64,000 nt of DNA, from positions 62,001 through 126,000 of the forward strand of contig NW_027590987.1 in the NCBI RefSeq assembly GCF_964213995.1, given 5' to 3'. The stretch is from Mustelus asterias (Eukaryota). The position numbers were made by a program, and so were the translations under genes. The notes beneath the pieces are model-generated. The model ran no database searches, was not told the origin of the DNA, and saw only the letters and a program-made list of their open reading frames with translations. Positions 24,125 to 38,844 of this stretch are shown here, piece after piece (the first letter of the stretch is position 1; every line of letters starts with the position of its first letter).

Positions 24125-25135
24125 CCTATCTATGGGCCCTACACTTTAGGAAAGATGTGAAGTTCTGAGAGAGGGTGCAGAGGGGATTTACGGGAAGGAA
24201 ACCAGGAAAGAGGGACTTCAGTTAGTTGGAGAGGCTGGAGTAGCTGAAATTATTCTCTTTAGATCACACAGTAATAGGGACAGGCCATTTGGCCTATTGA
24301 GTCCAGGCCAACTCTGTAGAAAAAACATTCAGTCCCATTGCCCTGTTCCAGTGCCATAATCTGCAGATTTATTCCCCTCAAGCGTCCATCCAATTTCCTT
24401 TTGGTATCGTTCAGTCTCTGCTTCCACCCCCTCATATTCAGCGAGTTTCAGTTCATTATCAGGGTCTGTGATAAAATGTTCTTCCTTACATCCCCTCTGC
24501 ATCTCTTCGCCAAACCTTAAATCTGTGCCACCTCATCCTTGTACAACCAGCCAATGGCAACAGCTTTTCTTTCTCTGTCTGATCTAAACCTGTCATAAAT
24601 TTCTACACCTCTATCGAATCTATCAAACCAAGAGAAATGTTTGTCTCTTCCAAATTTCAGACCTGGACATGACTGTGATGGATTTTGTAAATTTATTTTG
24701 TAGTGTATTGGAAAAGAAGTTGCAGGCAGTAACTCAAACTAGATCTCACATCAAAATCTGACTGAGTCACTATTCAACAGGACCTGGATATTGAGTTCCA
24801 GATCATTACCACTCACTGTGTAAATGTTTTTTCCTCCAACCTCCTCTGTAGATCTTGCTCAAAATCTTAAAACTGTGTCCGAAGCTGATGAGAACAGCTT
24901 TTCTTTATCTATCTTCTAAAATCTGTTATAAATGTGTACACCTTCATCAAATCTCCCCTCAATCTACTTTGTTCCAAGGAGAACAACCCCAGTTTCTCCA
25001 GCCTAACATTGTTGTTAAAACCCCTCATCCCTGGTATTATTCTGGTAAATCTCCTCTGCACCTTCTCAAGGGCCCTCACTTCCTAAAGTGTGGTGATCAG
25101 AAATGGACTCATGACTCAAGTTGGGGTCTAACTGG
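24125..25135. mobile_element. Cluster of old CR1 3' fragments, mostly antisense
   Basis: ATCAAATCTCCCCTC..CAAGGAGAACAACCCC and CCTCTCCAAGG-like motifs; heavily degenerate. Confidence 0.55.
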
Positions 25136-25996
25136 TCCCAGAGGAAACCAATGCAGACAGGAGCATAACATACAAACTCCACACAGTCACCAAAGGCCAG
25201 AATTGAACTGGCAGTGTGAGGCAGCAGTGCTAACCACTGTGCCAAAAGCAGGAGGTCATTTGATCCATTGTGCTTATGCCAGCTATCCGATTAATCCCAT
25301 CACTCTGCAATTTTCTTAGCGTTTACCCATTTGAAGCCCCCTCCCTTTATCTGCAGTGACAAAGTTTAATAATAAAACCCCAGTCTAAATAACGTGTATC
25401 TGACTGACAAATGTTGAAGTGTTTGTTTGGAGCCACAAGTTTCAAGTTTCCATTTGAGCTTCGGGAACCTTTCTGCCCGTCTTGCTTCTTGTGTCAATGA
25501 CAGCCGGGCGACAGAGCTGAGGGCTGAATTTAGCTGAGAATAACAGGGCCTGAGTCCCAGTTGGGAACCTGGGTGTCACACTAAGAGTGAGGCAAAAGGT
25601 GCTGGGGAACTGACTGGAAAAGGCCTTTAACTAATTGGGGCATGGGAGGGGTGACTGGGACATGGTGATATGACCCCCAGGGTTCAGTGTCCCTGTGTCC
25701 AAAGCAAGGGACCATGGGAACAGATTACAGAGGAGCTGAAGAGAAACATTGTTCACACCTTTTTACCCTTGGCTTTGATCTGAAATAATTTTGTGTTTTT
25801 AACCATGTTCTGCTTCATGAATAAAATCTCAGGAATAACATTTTATTTAGCTGGGCTTTTCATGACTAAGTTTATGTATTTTAGAGAAAGCGGGTGAAAG
25901 GGGTTGGCAGGCTCATTCTCACCTTCGAAGGTAATTGGTAAAGAGGGCGAGGAGGGAGATGAGATTGTATTTTTTTGAGGCACCAAACACACACAG

Positions 25997-27508
25997 CTCG
26001 GTGTACGGAACCAGTAGAAATGGCAGAGGTGCTCAATGAGTATTTTGCCTCGGTTTTCACAGAGGAGAAGGACCTGGGTGGATGTACTGCGGGCTTGTGG
26101 TGGACTGAAAGGATTGAGTATGTGGACTTTAAGAAAGAGGTTGTGCTGGAATCTTTGAATGCCATCAAGATAGATAAGTCGCCGGATCCGGATGGGATGT
26201 ACCCCAGGTTACTGTGGGAGGCGAGGGAAGAGATTGCAGAGTCCCTGACGATTTTTGCGTCGTCGATGGAGACGGGAGAGGTGCCGGAGGATTGGAGGAT
26301 TGCGGATGTTGTTCCTATTTTCAAGAAGGGGAATAGGGATAGCCCAGGAAATTACCGACCGGCGAGTCTAACCTCAGTGGTTGGTAAACTGATGGAGAAG
26401 ATCCTGAGGGACAGGATATATGAGCATTTAGAGAGGTTTAGTATGCTCAAGAATACTCAGCATGGCTTTGTCAAGGGCAGATCATGCCTTACGAGCTGGT
26501 GGAGTTCTTCGAAAATGTGACTAAACACATTGACGAAGGGAAGGCGGTAGATGTGGTTTATATAGATATTAGCAAGGCGTTCGATAAGGTCCCCCATGCA
26601 AGGCTTCTAGAAAAAGTGAGAGGGCATGGGATCCAAGGGGCAGCTGCCCAGTGGATCCAGAAATTGCTTGCCCAAAGGAGGCAGAGAGTGGGTATAGATG
26701 GGTCTTTTTCTAAATGGAGGTCGGTCACCAGTGGTGTGCCCCAGGGATCTGTTCTGGGACCCTTGCTGTTTGTCATTTTCATAAATGACCTGGATGAGGA
26801 AGCGGAGGGATGGGTTGGTAAGTTTGCCGACAACACGAAGGTTGGTGGGGTTGTGGATAGTCTGGAGGGATGTCAGAAGTTACAGAGGGACATAGATAGG
26901 ATGCAAGACTGGGCGGACAAGTGGCAGATGGACTTCAACCCAGATAAATGCGTAGTGGTCCATTTTGGCAGGTCAAATGGGATGCAGGAGTACAATATAA
27001 AGGGAAAGACTCTTAGTACTGTAGAGGATCAGAAGGACCTTGGGGTCCGGGTCCATGGGACTCTGAAAGCGGCCCCGCAGGTGGAGGAGGTAGTTAAGAA
27101 GGCGTATGGTGTGCTGGCCTTTATCAATCGAGGGATTGAGTTTAGGAGTCCGGGGATAATGCCGCAGCTATATTAGACCCTCGTCAGACCCCACATGGAG
27201 TACTATGCTCAGTTCTGGTCGCCTCACTATAGGATGGATGTGGAAAAGATTAAAAGGGTGCAGAGGAGATTTACAAGGATGTTGCCTGGATTGAGTGGCA
27301 TGCCTTATGAGGATAGGCTGAGGGAGCTTGGTCTTTTCTCTTTGGAGAGACGAAGGATGAGAGGAGACCTATAGAGGTGTATAAGATGTTGAGAGGCATA
27401 GATCGGGTGGACTCTCAGAGGCTTTTTCCCAGGGTGGAAATGTCTGCTACAAGAGGACACCAGTTTAGGGTGCTGGGGGGTAGGTACAGGGGAGATGTTA
27501 GGGGTAAG
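25997..27508 (+). mobile_element. CR1 LINE, frameshifted and truncated at both ends
   Basis: ORFs 25975-26520 and 26484-27176 ([28 protein letters not shown]); stops abruptly before the 3' tail. Confidence 0.95.
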
Positions 27509-27942
27509 TGTTTGACACACTTCTGTTAAAATCCTGGTTGATTTGTACAAATAGAAAATCACTCTCTTTCTCTTCTTCTGCTTCCAATCCTCTCTCCCTC
27601 TTCTCCCCTCATAGAGATCATAATCTTGTCTCGGCTCAGATGGGGGTCAGCTTCCCTTCCCTGAAGGTTATTAATGAGCCAGTTGGGTTTTTAACAATCC
27701 AGCAGTTTCCATGCTCACTTTTTCCTTGTGCCAGCCCCAAAAATTGCCATATTTATTCAGCTCAATTTCACAACCTGCCTTTGTGTTTTGTGGATTCTCT
27801 CACTTTTTTTTCTGTTTTAAATTCACTTGACAGGGTCTTAGAAGGGGTGGTTTTGCAACAGGGAAACCGGAAACCAAACATCATATCGGGATCTGACAAA
27901 GTTGCCCAAATTATTGGAACTGAATATCATCAAATTTTGAAC

Positions 27943-28862
<920 letters not shown>

Positions 28863-29059
28863 CTACATTGATTGGATTTTCCTGTTAATCTCATCCACGA
28901 CAACCATCTTCAGTGGAGTCTGTTTCTGTTCATGTGAATAAACTCCAGGCCTGTTACAGTTAATATTGTTGATCAAAGGAAAATAAATCAGTTTTGTCTG
29001 AAGCACACAGTGCGGTAAATCTTTTTAATTTCTCATTCATGTTAATTTCTTTGGAAGGG

Positions 29060-29640
29060 CTCTCCCTCTCCCCTGTCTCCTTCCATCCTCACCTCCAGTA
29101 ACAAGTGTGAGGAGCTCATGGAGCTTCTTTGTCACTCAGATTGAGACAAATTGATCAACTACCTCTGCTGCTTCCCTTCCTTCCATTAGCCCATTGAGCC
29201 AGACTTTATAGAAAGTTCCTCATCCAAGTCCTAACCCCAGGTTTCTCCAGTTTCTATCCTATATCTCACTTATGCCCTCTCAGAGCACATACTGTCTTCT
29301 GTTGTATTGACCCTATTCCCACTAAACCACCGAGCACCCGCCTTTCCCGTGTTAGCTGATACTGTTTGCAGCTCTCAATCTCTTTTAATCTCTTTTAATT
29401 CTGTCCCTCCTCCCTTCAAATTCACCACCATCACCCATCCTAAAAAATCAATCTGTGACCACACCGTTCTCGCCAACAACCGCTCCATCTCATATCACTT
29501 TTCTCTCCCAAGTCCCTGAACTCGGAGTCCCTCTGGGATCTATCCATGGCCCCTCCTATCTCTCATCTACATGCTGCCACTATGTTATATCATTCAAAAG
29601 CACCGTGTTTGTTTTCACATGCACACTGGCAATGCCCAGT
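29060..29640 (+). mobile_element. Old L2-like fragment behind the ZNF polyA site
   Basis: AACAAGTGTGAGGAGCTCATGG motif, also at about 11013 and reversed at about 1803. Confidence 0.5.
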
Positions 29641-29869
29641 TCTATCATAGAGTCCCTGCAGTGCAGAAGGAGGCCATTTGGCCCATCGAGTCTGCACCAA
29701 CTCAGAGAGCATTTTATCAAAATTCATTGATTGTGACAAGGCAAGTTGACAAAGCTGTTTTTTTAAAAAAGCTAATGGGGTCCTCAGTTTATGAATGGAG
29801 GTATGGAGTGCAAAGCAGGGAGTTATCCTGAATCTTTATAAATTACTGATTACCCAGCAGTGAGGAAAA

Positions 29870-30120
29870 TTGATCAGGTACACCCTGCATACAAAAAGCA
29901 GGACAAATGCTACCCGGCCAATTATTGGTGCATTCAACCTCCCTTGATCATCAGTAAAGTGATGAAAGGGGATATCTGCTGTTAAGTGGCACTTGCTTCA
30001 GAAGAAACTACTCACTGATGGTCAGTTTGGGTTCTGCAAGGGTCACTGAGTTCCTGACCTCATTACAGCCTTGGTTCAAACATGGAGAAAAGAGCTGAAC
30101 TGCCTCATAGAGGTGAAAGT
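29870..30120 (+). mobile_element. Fragment of a second CR1-clade LINE family
   Basis: Degenerate KKQDK..PANY..SIISKVM RT N-terminal motifs. Confidence 0.6.
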
Positions 30121-30769
30121 ACCTTATTGTATCAGCTGATGTTACTACTGGAAATGTCAGATTCCAGGATGGAAGATGGCTTGATAGATCCTCACTATTA
30201 TTTTGTTTAGATAGCTGGATGAGCAGACAGAGATTTTTGGTAAACTTTTATTAAACAAGAAAACATTAAGTAGAATTAACTCTCCTTCACCCCAGCAATA
30301 CCTTGACAGATATAAACAGATTTCTACCATTACACAAGTTACAAACTTTATCTTACACTCAAATATTCTCAGTAAGTTCACAGTCCATGCAAACCAATCG
30401 GTGAAATGTGGCCAGACACCCCACACTCTGAAACCAAGTGACAGATGTCACCGAATACAACTTCTCTGGATTTCTCATCATTTCCCCAGATGGTTGTCAA
30501 ACTGTGAGCCAACTGATCTCACTGAAATTCTGTCTTCCACATGAGCATTTCCAATCCCACACTCTCGAAGATGACACTTTGGAATCTTCTCCTATACAAT
30601 TCTTTCTATTGGATGCCTTCACCAAGGATCCACCGCCAGGATTTCAACTTCTTTCTGTATTCGTCTGGCCTCGATCTCCATGTGCATTCAAGCTTCCAAA
30701 CAATCTCTCAGGTACCCAACCACGCTAACAGAACACACTTGTTTCACAGGCTAGATTCAGGTGTCAGCA

Positions 30770-31480
30770 ACCTTTTGATCACCTCGGATCCCAAAAGGCC
30801 AGTATACAGGAACAGCAAGTAATTAGGAAAGCTCATAGAATGTTATTGTTCATAGTGAGGGGAAGTGATTACAAAAGTAGGGAGGTTATGCTCCAGTTGT
30901 ACACACAATTGGTGAGACCACATCTGGAGTGTTGTGCACAGTATTGGTCTCCCTACTTAAGGAAAGATGTAAATGTATTGGAAGCAGTTTTGAGAAGGTT
31001 TTCTAGACTAATACCAGGAATAGACAGGTTGTCTGATGAGGAAATGTTGGACAGGGTCAGCTTGTATCCACTAGAGTTTAGAAGAGTAAGGTGATTAGAT
31101 CAAAACCTGAGGGTCTTGACAGGGTGGATGTGGAGAGAATGTTTTCTTTTAATGGAGAATCTAGACCTGGCAGGGGTGGAGCATATGTTTACAAATAAGA
31201 GTTTGCTCATCTATGACCAAGATTACTAATGTTTTCTCTAAGAGGGCTGTGAGTCTCTGGAACTCTTCCTCAAAAGACAGTGGAAGCATTGTCTTTGAAT
31301 AAGTTAAAAGCACAGTCAAATAGAATCTTGATTTATGAGGGACTGAAAAGTTATTAGGAGTAGCCAGGACTGTGGGGTTGAGGCTAAAATCAGATCTGCC
31401 ATGATCTTATTGAATTGTGGAGCAGGTTGGAGGGACTGAGTAGCCTACTCCTAGTTCATTCGTTCATATATTCTTATGTC
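30770..31480 (+). mobile_element. Old CR1 3' fragment
   Basis: MLQLYTQLVRPHLECCAQYWSPYLRKD. Confidence 0.85.
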
Positions 31481-31759
31481 TCTTTCCCTGGAAATCTCTC
31501 TCTCTCTTGGGAATGTGCATCACTCAACTTTTCCATTCACACTGATGATTGAAATCTTTTTGAACAGGGCATCATTGTTCCTCTGACATTTGATCACTGA
31601 TGATAGTCGTGTCCAAATGAACCAAGATATTTCTGACTGAAAATCCTTCCATTCTAATCCCTTGTAAATAAAAACATCTATCAAAGCAATGAATGTAAGC
31701 ACAGGATAGAAATTTGAAACTGATATTCTGGTTGTCACATAACCTTCTCCTCCCTTTCT

Positions 31760-32222
31760 GGAAAGCATTCTTTCTGGTTGTATCACAACTTGATATTGCT
31801 CCTGCTCTGTCCAAGACCACAAGAAACTACAAAGGGTCATGAAAGACCAAATCCATCATGCAAACCAGCCTCCTATCCATTGACTATGTCTACATTTCCC
31901 ACTGTCTTAGAAAAGCAGCCAGCGTAATCAAGGACCCCACGCACCCTGGACATTCTTTCTTCCACCTTCTTCCATCGGGAAAAAGATATAAAGGTCTGAG
32001 AACATGTATAACCAAATCGAGAACAGCTTCTTCCCTGAGGCCATCAAACTTTTGAATGGAACTACCTCACATTAATTTGATCTTTCTCTATATCCTAGCT
32101 ATGACTGTAATACTACATTCTGCACCCTCCTCTTTCCTTCTCTTTGTCAGTAAAACGTACAAGAAACAAACTTCTCACTGTCTACTAATACATGTGACAA
32201 TAATAAATCAAATCTAATCAAA
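31760..32222 (+). mobile_element. Rex1/Babar-like LINE 3' end
   Basis: KAASVIKDPTHPGHSFFHLLPSGKRYK; tail AATAAATCAAATC. Confidence 0.8.
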
Positions 32223-32479
32223 TTTCAAACTTTAAACATCTGCCTCCTCCCTATCAATTGTAAGCCTAATTCTTTTGACCATCCTCCTTATTTTTCCCCA
32301 GTTCTCCCCCAAGGACGCTGCTGACTCTGGGGTTCAGTTTCACATTGAGCTATTCCACTCCCCAATATGTCACCCAGGTGTCTAAATTTTGACACCTGAA
32401 TTTTGCTAAGGCGGCTTCGCTATCAATTCCAGTGACTACCCAGATGTACATCATATCTGGATGGGGTCACTTCGCCTCC

Positions 32480-32980
32480 TCCCCATCCCATCCATCGCAG
32501 TCCCAGGTGTTTGGAGACTGGGCTCCGGCCGAGTAATGGCGGCCGCGGCTCCCACAATCCCCCGCGCTGAGGAAATCGCTCTATTCGCCGGGTGGGACTG
32601 CGCATGATGAACCCGGAGAAGTGCTGCGCATGTGCGGAGGATAGCGTTTCCCATTGGCCAACAACTGAGAGCGACCGGGGTCAAAGTGTCTCCCACTCAC
32701 TTCCGCTGCACCACTGTCTTCATGAGGGGTATTGACCAATGGGAAGAATTGGAGGACCGGAAGGACACTGGTCCTCCAGCCAATCAGAGTGCGGGCTTTG
32801 TGACAATGCAGATTGGATTTCAGACAGACTGAAACCTCTTCCTGTCGTCAACATCTGTCAGTAAAACACTTTGTTTTCTTCTCTCCTTCTTTTTCTCATT
32901 CTGGGGTTAAATTGGGGACTTGCAGCAACTGAAGGGAAAGGAAGTGAATTCAGGGAGGCTGCAGACTCTGGAAAGGTTGG
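32480..32980. promoter_or_regulatory. CpG-rich promoter upstream of the 34270 ZNF
   Basis: AATGGCGGC (YY1-like), two CTGCGCATG, ACTTCCG (ETS-like), CCAAT boxes flanking a GGAGGACC/GGTCCTCC palindrome. Confidence 0.7.
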
Positions 32981-34269
32981 CCCAGGTATCTCTCTCCTTC
33001 TTAAAGACATTGCCATCCTTTGCTTCCTCAACTTGTCACATTTATTTGTCTGGTTAAGAGGATGGTCTCTTTCCTAATGTTCACAATTTAAAGGAGTGAT
33101 TTCCCGAGGAAATAGCTGAAATTTAAGGGGCAGTAAATTAATATAGGACAGAGATGTGTGCAGTCTTGTAATATGATACAAATTAGATATATTATGCATG
33201 GTCCAGTAATAAAGTTCATTTTTTATTATTTTTAGTTTTGTTAATACTGTAACTAAGTAGTTTATTTTCAGTAATCGGGTTATTGTATCACACAAGGAGT
33301 CCATTCAGCAACTCAAGTCCATGCTAACTCTCTGTAGAGCCAACTAGTCAGTCCCATTCCCCCATAAGTTCATAAGATAGAGGAGCATAATTAGGCTATT
33401 TGGCCCATTGAGTCCGCTCCGCCATTCAATCATGGCTGATATGCTCCTCATCCCGTCTGTATCCCTGTTCCCCTGCCAGTCTATTTTGACTGCCCATCTA
33501 ATTTCATTTTGAAATATTGAATGTATCAAAATGCACCACCCTCACAGCCAAACAATTGATATTCAAGAATGTTCACTGTTGAAATAATGTTCTATCTCAT
33601 AGCCTTGCTGTACTTCTATTTATTAAACTGGTCCCCTATGTTACATACATTTTACTTCACTAAGTATATTTAGGTATTTAGACTGGCAGCCTGCATGAAG
33701 ATATCTCAGTGCTGGAGAAGAAGCAGTTGATCAGCATGAATCAACACCTTCAGGAGAATTGGAAGGGTGTATTATACATACAGCAGAGTGAGGAGACAGG
33801 GATAGGGTGTGGGATGGAGATGTACAGATCGAGAGGAACGAGAAAGGAAGAAATGTTCCACAGAAACTAGAATTGTCTATTCTGAATTTCTGTTTGATAC
33901 TGACAGTGATGACTTTTGTAAACTCATTTTACAGGAAGTTATAAGGGGAAGATTTGCTGCCAGCAATCTCAAAACATGTTAAGGCTTAATAGAGTCACTC
34001 AAATTATCAGAACCTGAATATCATCAGACTTTGAATCTAGAAGAAGAAATATTTATCTGTTTTTTCTGTCACATCAGTGTGACTGGAAAGGCACCAAGAA
34101 ACACAGAGCTGAGTGAGAGTGTCCAGTACACTGACTGTCAAAAGACCAGTGACACAGACTGCAAAAATATCACATCATTTACAGCGGGGACAGACAGTGC
34201 ACATGCTCTATGTGTGGATGAGGATTTAACTGATTGTTAAACCTGGAAAGACACAAGGACATCCACACC

Positions 34270-35475
34270 ATGGAGAAACCGGGGAAAGATGAGGATTGTG
34301 GTAAGGAATTCCATATCCCGTCTGCACTGCAAACTCATCAACATATTCGCACTGGGGAGAGACTGTTCCCCTGCTCCAAGTGTGGGGAAGGAGACTGCTC
34401 CCCATCTGCCCTGAAGATTCATCAATGCAGCCACACTGGGGAGAGGCCCTTCATCTGCTCTGAGTGTGGGAAGGGTTTTCTCCAGGCAGCCGACCTGTGG
34501 AATCACCAAGCAGTTCACAGTAGGGAGAGGCTGTACACCTGCTCTGAGTGTGGGAAGGGATTCACTCAGTTATCCCACCTGCTGACACACCAGCAAGTTC
34601 ACACTGGGGAAAAACCATTCAACTGCTCTGAGTGTGGGAAGCAATTCAATCATTCATCTGAACTTTTGAATCACCAACAAATCCACACCGGAGAGCGACC
34701 ATTCACCTGCTCCGACTGTGGAAAGGGTTTCACTCAGTCATCTCACCTGCAGATACACCAGCGAGCCCACACTAAGGAGAGGCCTTTCAACTGCTCTGAG
34801 TGCGGGAAGTGTTTTATTCAATTATCACACCTAGTGACTCACCAGGAAGTCCACAGGAGGGAGAGGCTGTTCCCCTGCTCCGAGTGTGGGAAGCGTTTTA
34901 TTCAGTTATCACATCTAGTGACACACAAAGGAACACACACAAGGGAGAGGCCATTCAGCTGCCCCGAATGTGGGAAACGTTTTATCCAATCGTCACACCT
35001 AATGTCACACCAGGGAGTTCACAGCAGGGAGAGGCCATTCGTCTGCTCCGAGTGTGGGAGGCGTTTTATTCAATCATCCCACCTAGTGTCACACCAGGAG
35101 GTTCACACCAGGGAGAGGCCATTTACCTGTTCCGAGTGTGGCAGGGGATTCATTCAGTTATCCGACCTGCAGAATCACCAGCAAGTTCAGAGGCCGTTCA
35201 CCTGCTCTGAGTGTGGGAAGGGATTTACTCGTTCAGCTAACCTGCAGGCACACCGACGTGTTCACACCAGGGAGAGACCATTCACCTGCTCTGAGTGTGG
35301 GAAAGGATTCGCTCTTTCATCTTATCTGCAGAGTCACCAGCAAGTTCACACTGGAGAGAGGCCGTTTATCTGCTCTGAGTGTGGAAAGGGATTCATTCAG
35401 TCATCCCACCTGCAGACACACCAACGAGTTCACAAGGATTCACAAAGGGATTCACTCAGTCATCCCACCTGCTGA
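34270..35475 (+). CDS. C2H2 ZNF protein, 12 intact plus 2 broken fingers
   Basis: ACCATGG start; open frame; many HxRERP linkers; one linker deleted (QQVQRPF); frameshifted C-terminus. Confidence 0.85.
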   Translation: MEKPGKDEDCGKEFHIPSALQTHQHIRTGERLFPCSKCGEGDCSPSALKIHQCSHTGERPFICSECGKGFLQAADLWNHQAVHSRERLYTCSECGKGFTQLSHLLTHQQVHTGEKPFNCSECGKQFNHSSELLNHQQIHTGERPFTCSDCGKGFTQSSHLQIHQRAHTKERPFNCSECGKCFIQLSHLVTHQEVHRRERLFPCSECGKRFIQLSHLVTHKGTHTRERPFSCPECGKRFIQSSHLMSHQGVHSRERPFVCSECGRRFIQSSHLVSHQEVHTRERPFTCSECGRGFIQLSDLQNHQQVQRPFTCSECGKGFTRSANLQAHRRVHTRERPFTCSECGKGFALSSYLQSHQQVHTGERPFICSECGKGFIQSSHLQTHQRVHKDSQRDSLSHPTC

Positions 35476-35809
35476 GACACCAGTAAGTTCACAAGTGATG
35501 ACAGGGGTTGGATTCTGCTGTTATTGCTGCTGTTAATCACATCCAGGACTGAACCATGTTCATTTTGACAATTGGTGAAGTGGGAGGGTCGGAGAGTTTC
35601 TTTCTGCTGGACTGGCCAGTCTCACAACTTTGTTTCCAGTGGGCTGATGCTCTTTGAGTCTGGGAGAGCACATTTCCACTGAAATGATCCACAAAAAAAA
35701 AGCTGATGAATGTGCCAACTCGACACAGCCACCCAAGGTCGGAATCGAACCCGGTCCCTGGGGCTGTGAGCCAACTGGTCTAACCACTGTGCCACCCAGA
35801 TCATGGACC

Positions 35810-36691
35810 CCTGGCAAAACTGGAATCAATGGATATCAAGGGGCAAACTCTCTGCTGGTTGGACGTATACTGGCAATTAGGAAGATGGTTGTGGTTGTGG
35901 AGGGTCAGTCATCTCAGCTCCAGGACATCAATGCAGGGATCTCTCAGGGTCGTGTCCGAGGCCCAACCATCTTCAGCTGCTTCATCAATGACCTTCCCTC
36001 CTTCATAAGATCAGAAGTGGGGATATCCGCCAATGAATACACAATGTTCAGCACCATTTGTGACTCCTCAGATACTGAAACAGTCCATGTCCAAATACAA
36101 CAATATCCAGGCTTGGGCTGACAAGTGGCAAGTAACATTCATGCCACATAAGTCCGAGGCAATGACCATCTCCAACAGGAGAAGATCTAACCATCACCCC
36201 TTGACATTCAAGGGTATTACCATCACTGAATCCCCCTTCCATTATCAACATCCTGCGGGGGTTACATTGACCAGAAACTCATAGACACTGTGGCTACCAG
36301 AGCAGGTCAGAGACTGGCAGCCCTGAGGAGAGTAACTCACTTTCTGACTCCCCCAGCCAAAGCCCGTCCACCATCTACAAGACACAAGTCAGGAATGAGA
36401 TGGAATACTCTCCACTTGCCTGAATGAGTGCAGCTCCCAACAACACTCAAGCTCAAAACCATCCAGGACAAAGCAGCCCCACTTGATCAACACACTAACC
36501 ACAAACATTCACTCCCTCTACCACCGACGGACAGGAGCAACAGTGTGTACCATCTACAAAATGCACTGCAGGGACTCACCAAGACTCCTTAGGCAGCATC
36601 TTACAGACTCAGGAACATTACCATCTAGAAGGCCAAGAGCAGCAGATACATGAGAATATCACCACCTGGAGTTTCCTCTCTAAGTCACTCA
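35810..36691 (+). mobile_element. Degenerate CR1-clade LINE (second family), continued at 38890-39000
   Basis: GISQGRVRGPTIFSCFINDLPS and QAWADKWQVTF; split by the LTR-like insert. Confidence 0.85.
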
Positions 36692-37009
36692 TGTCAGGAA
36701 AACAGAGATAGTTTTAAGTGATCTATGTTTCTATTGTTAAATATTAGAAATAAAGTATAGATTTAAGTAAGTTTGATTTAGTGTTTCTGTGTAGGAAGAG
36801 GAGAACTTTGGTTGGATTCATGTTGAACAAAGGTGTTTGCATGTGTGGGGGATAGGTTTCAATTGAAATTGTATTCCTGTTGTGCTGAGAGAGTTTATGG
36901 CGTGAAAAATAAACGTGAAGTTGGAGAAATAATGCATTGTTGCATAGCAACCAGGGGCACCTTGAGGGTGAGAAGGTTTTTTGAGTGTAGTATTAGTTGA
37001 ATTTATAGT

Positions 37010-37186
37010 CTTTGGTCGTGACTTTTAAGGGGCGTCTTGACAAATACATGAATAGGATGGGAATAGAGGGATATGGTCCCCGGAAGGGGAGGGGGTTTTA
37101 GTTCAGTCGGGCAGCATGACCGGTGCAGGCTTGGAGGGCTGAAGGGCCTGTTCCTGTGCTGTAATTTTCTTTGTTCGTTGTTCTAT
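37010..37186 (+). mobile_element. CR1 3' tail fragment
   Basis: CTTGACAAATACATGAATAGG..CCTGTGCTGTAATTTTCTTTGTTC, as at 48620-48770. Confidence 0.85.
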
Positions 37187-38083
37187 AGCAGTTGGGGTGA
37201 GGAAACGAGAGAGTGAGCAGCTCTCAGCTCTACTAGAAGCAGGAAAGCCATACAATGGAGTAATGTGTCCGAAAGCAAGCTCCAGAGGAATTAAAGGACA
37301 GTTCGTTTGAGAAACCCGGGAATGGAAAAGAAGTTTCAGGAATATTTAAGTAAAAAAGGAACAGCATTGTCTTTGGAACAGGATACTATTCATGGAAGTT
37401 AAACTCAGACCTGGGAAGAAAAGAACTGATGAGGTTGGCGACAGACAAGCCGCATATCTGAACAGTGGGAAGGTTTGATGTCCTTAAATCCAGATTTTGA
37501 AGCAATTGTATTCTGTTACGGACTGATGATCTGAGTTTATGCAGAATTTTGGAAGCATGTTGCAATTCAAGGCAAAGGAATTCTGAGAGTTAAAAACCTA
37601 GAGGCAGCTTCTTGCTAAAAGAGTGGAGAGAAAGCCTTGTTTGAAAGAATAATTGGAAGACCTGGAAGTGAGAAAGTTGCTTTGGAAGGAGATATTAACA
37701 CGTGTCTTTTTGAGAGCCAAGTTTAGAAACACTCGTGACAATCATCTGGGGGGGAAATTTGAGGAGAAATCCACAGAGGATCGATTGAGTTGCATCTGCC
37801 ACTTGGTTTCAGAGTGGGGCTTGTCTGATCACAGCCAACCTGTGGGTTTAAAGGAACCATGTGTTTACTGAGAACATTATAGCATAAGGAATTTTAAATC
37901 TATGTTATTCTTGAAATCTGGATACATTTGTGAAGGTAAGTGTGAGTCAAGGAGTATTTTGTTATCGTCAAACTCTTCGTGTTTAATAAATATTTTGTTA
38001 AAAGCTAATTGGCAGTCCTGTGATTCTGTTCCTTTATGTTTTCTACAAAAAGTAAAAGTTGCGGTCTTTTGAGCCAGTGTTAG

Positions 38084-38844
38084 ACCATAAGACCATAAGA
38101 CATAGGAGCGGAAGTAAGGCCATTCGGCCCATCGAGTCCACTCCACCATTCAATCATGGTTGATTTCAACTCCATTTACCCGCTCTCTCCCCATAGCCCT
38201 TAATTCCTCGAGAAATCAAGAATTTATCAATTTCTGTCTTGAAGACGCTCAACGTCTCGGCCTCCACAGCCCTCTGTGGCAATGAATTCCACAGACCCAC
38301 CACTCTCTGGCTGAAGAAATTTCTCCTCATCTCTGTTCTAAAGTGACTCCCTTTTATTCTAAGGCTGTGCCCCCGCGTCCTAGTCTCCCCTGTTAATGGA
38401 AACAACTTCCCTACGTCCATCCTATCTAAGCCGTTCATTATCTTGTAAGTTTCTATCAGATCTCCCCTCAACCTCCTAAACTCCAATGAATATAATCCCA
38501 CGATCCTCAGACGTTCATCGTATGTCAGGCCTACCATTCCTGGGATCATCCGTGTGAATCTCCGCTGGACCCGCTCCAGTGCCAGTATGTCCTTCCTGAG
38601 GTGTGGGGCCCAAAATTGCTCACAGTACTCCAAATGGGGCCTAACCAATGCTTTATAAAGCCTCAGAAGTACATCCCTGCTTTTGTATTCCAAGCCTCTT
38701 GAGATAAATGACAACATTACATTTGCTTTCTTAATTACGGACTCAACCTGCAAGTTTACCTTTAGAGAATCCTGGACTAGGACTCCCAAGTCCCTTTGCA
38801 CTTTAGCATTATGAATTTTGTCACCGTTTAGAAAATAGTCCATC
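38084..38844 (-). mobile_element. Young CR1 3' fragment
   Basis: ORF 38166-38897; near-identical to 16255-16910. Confidence 0.95.
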
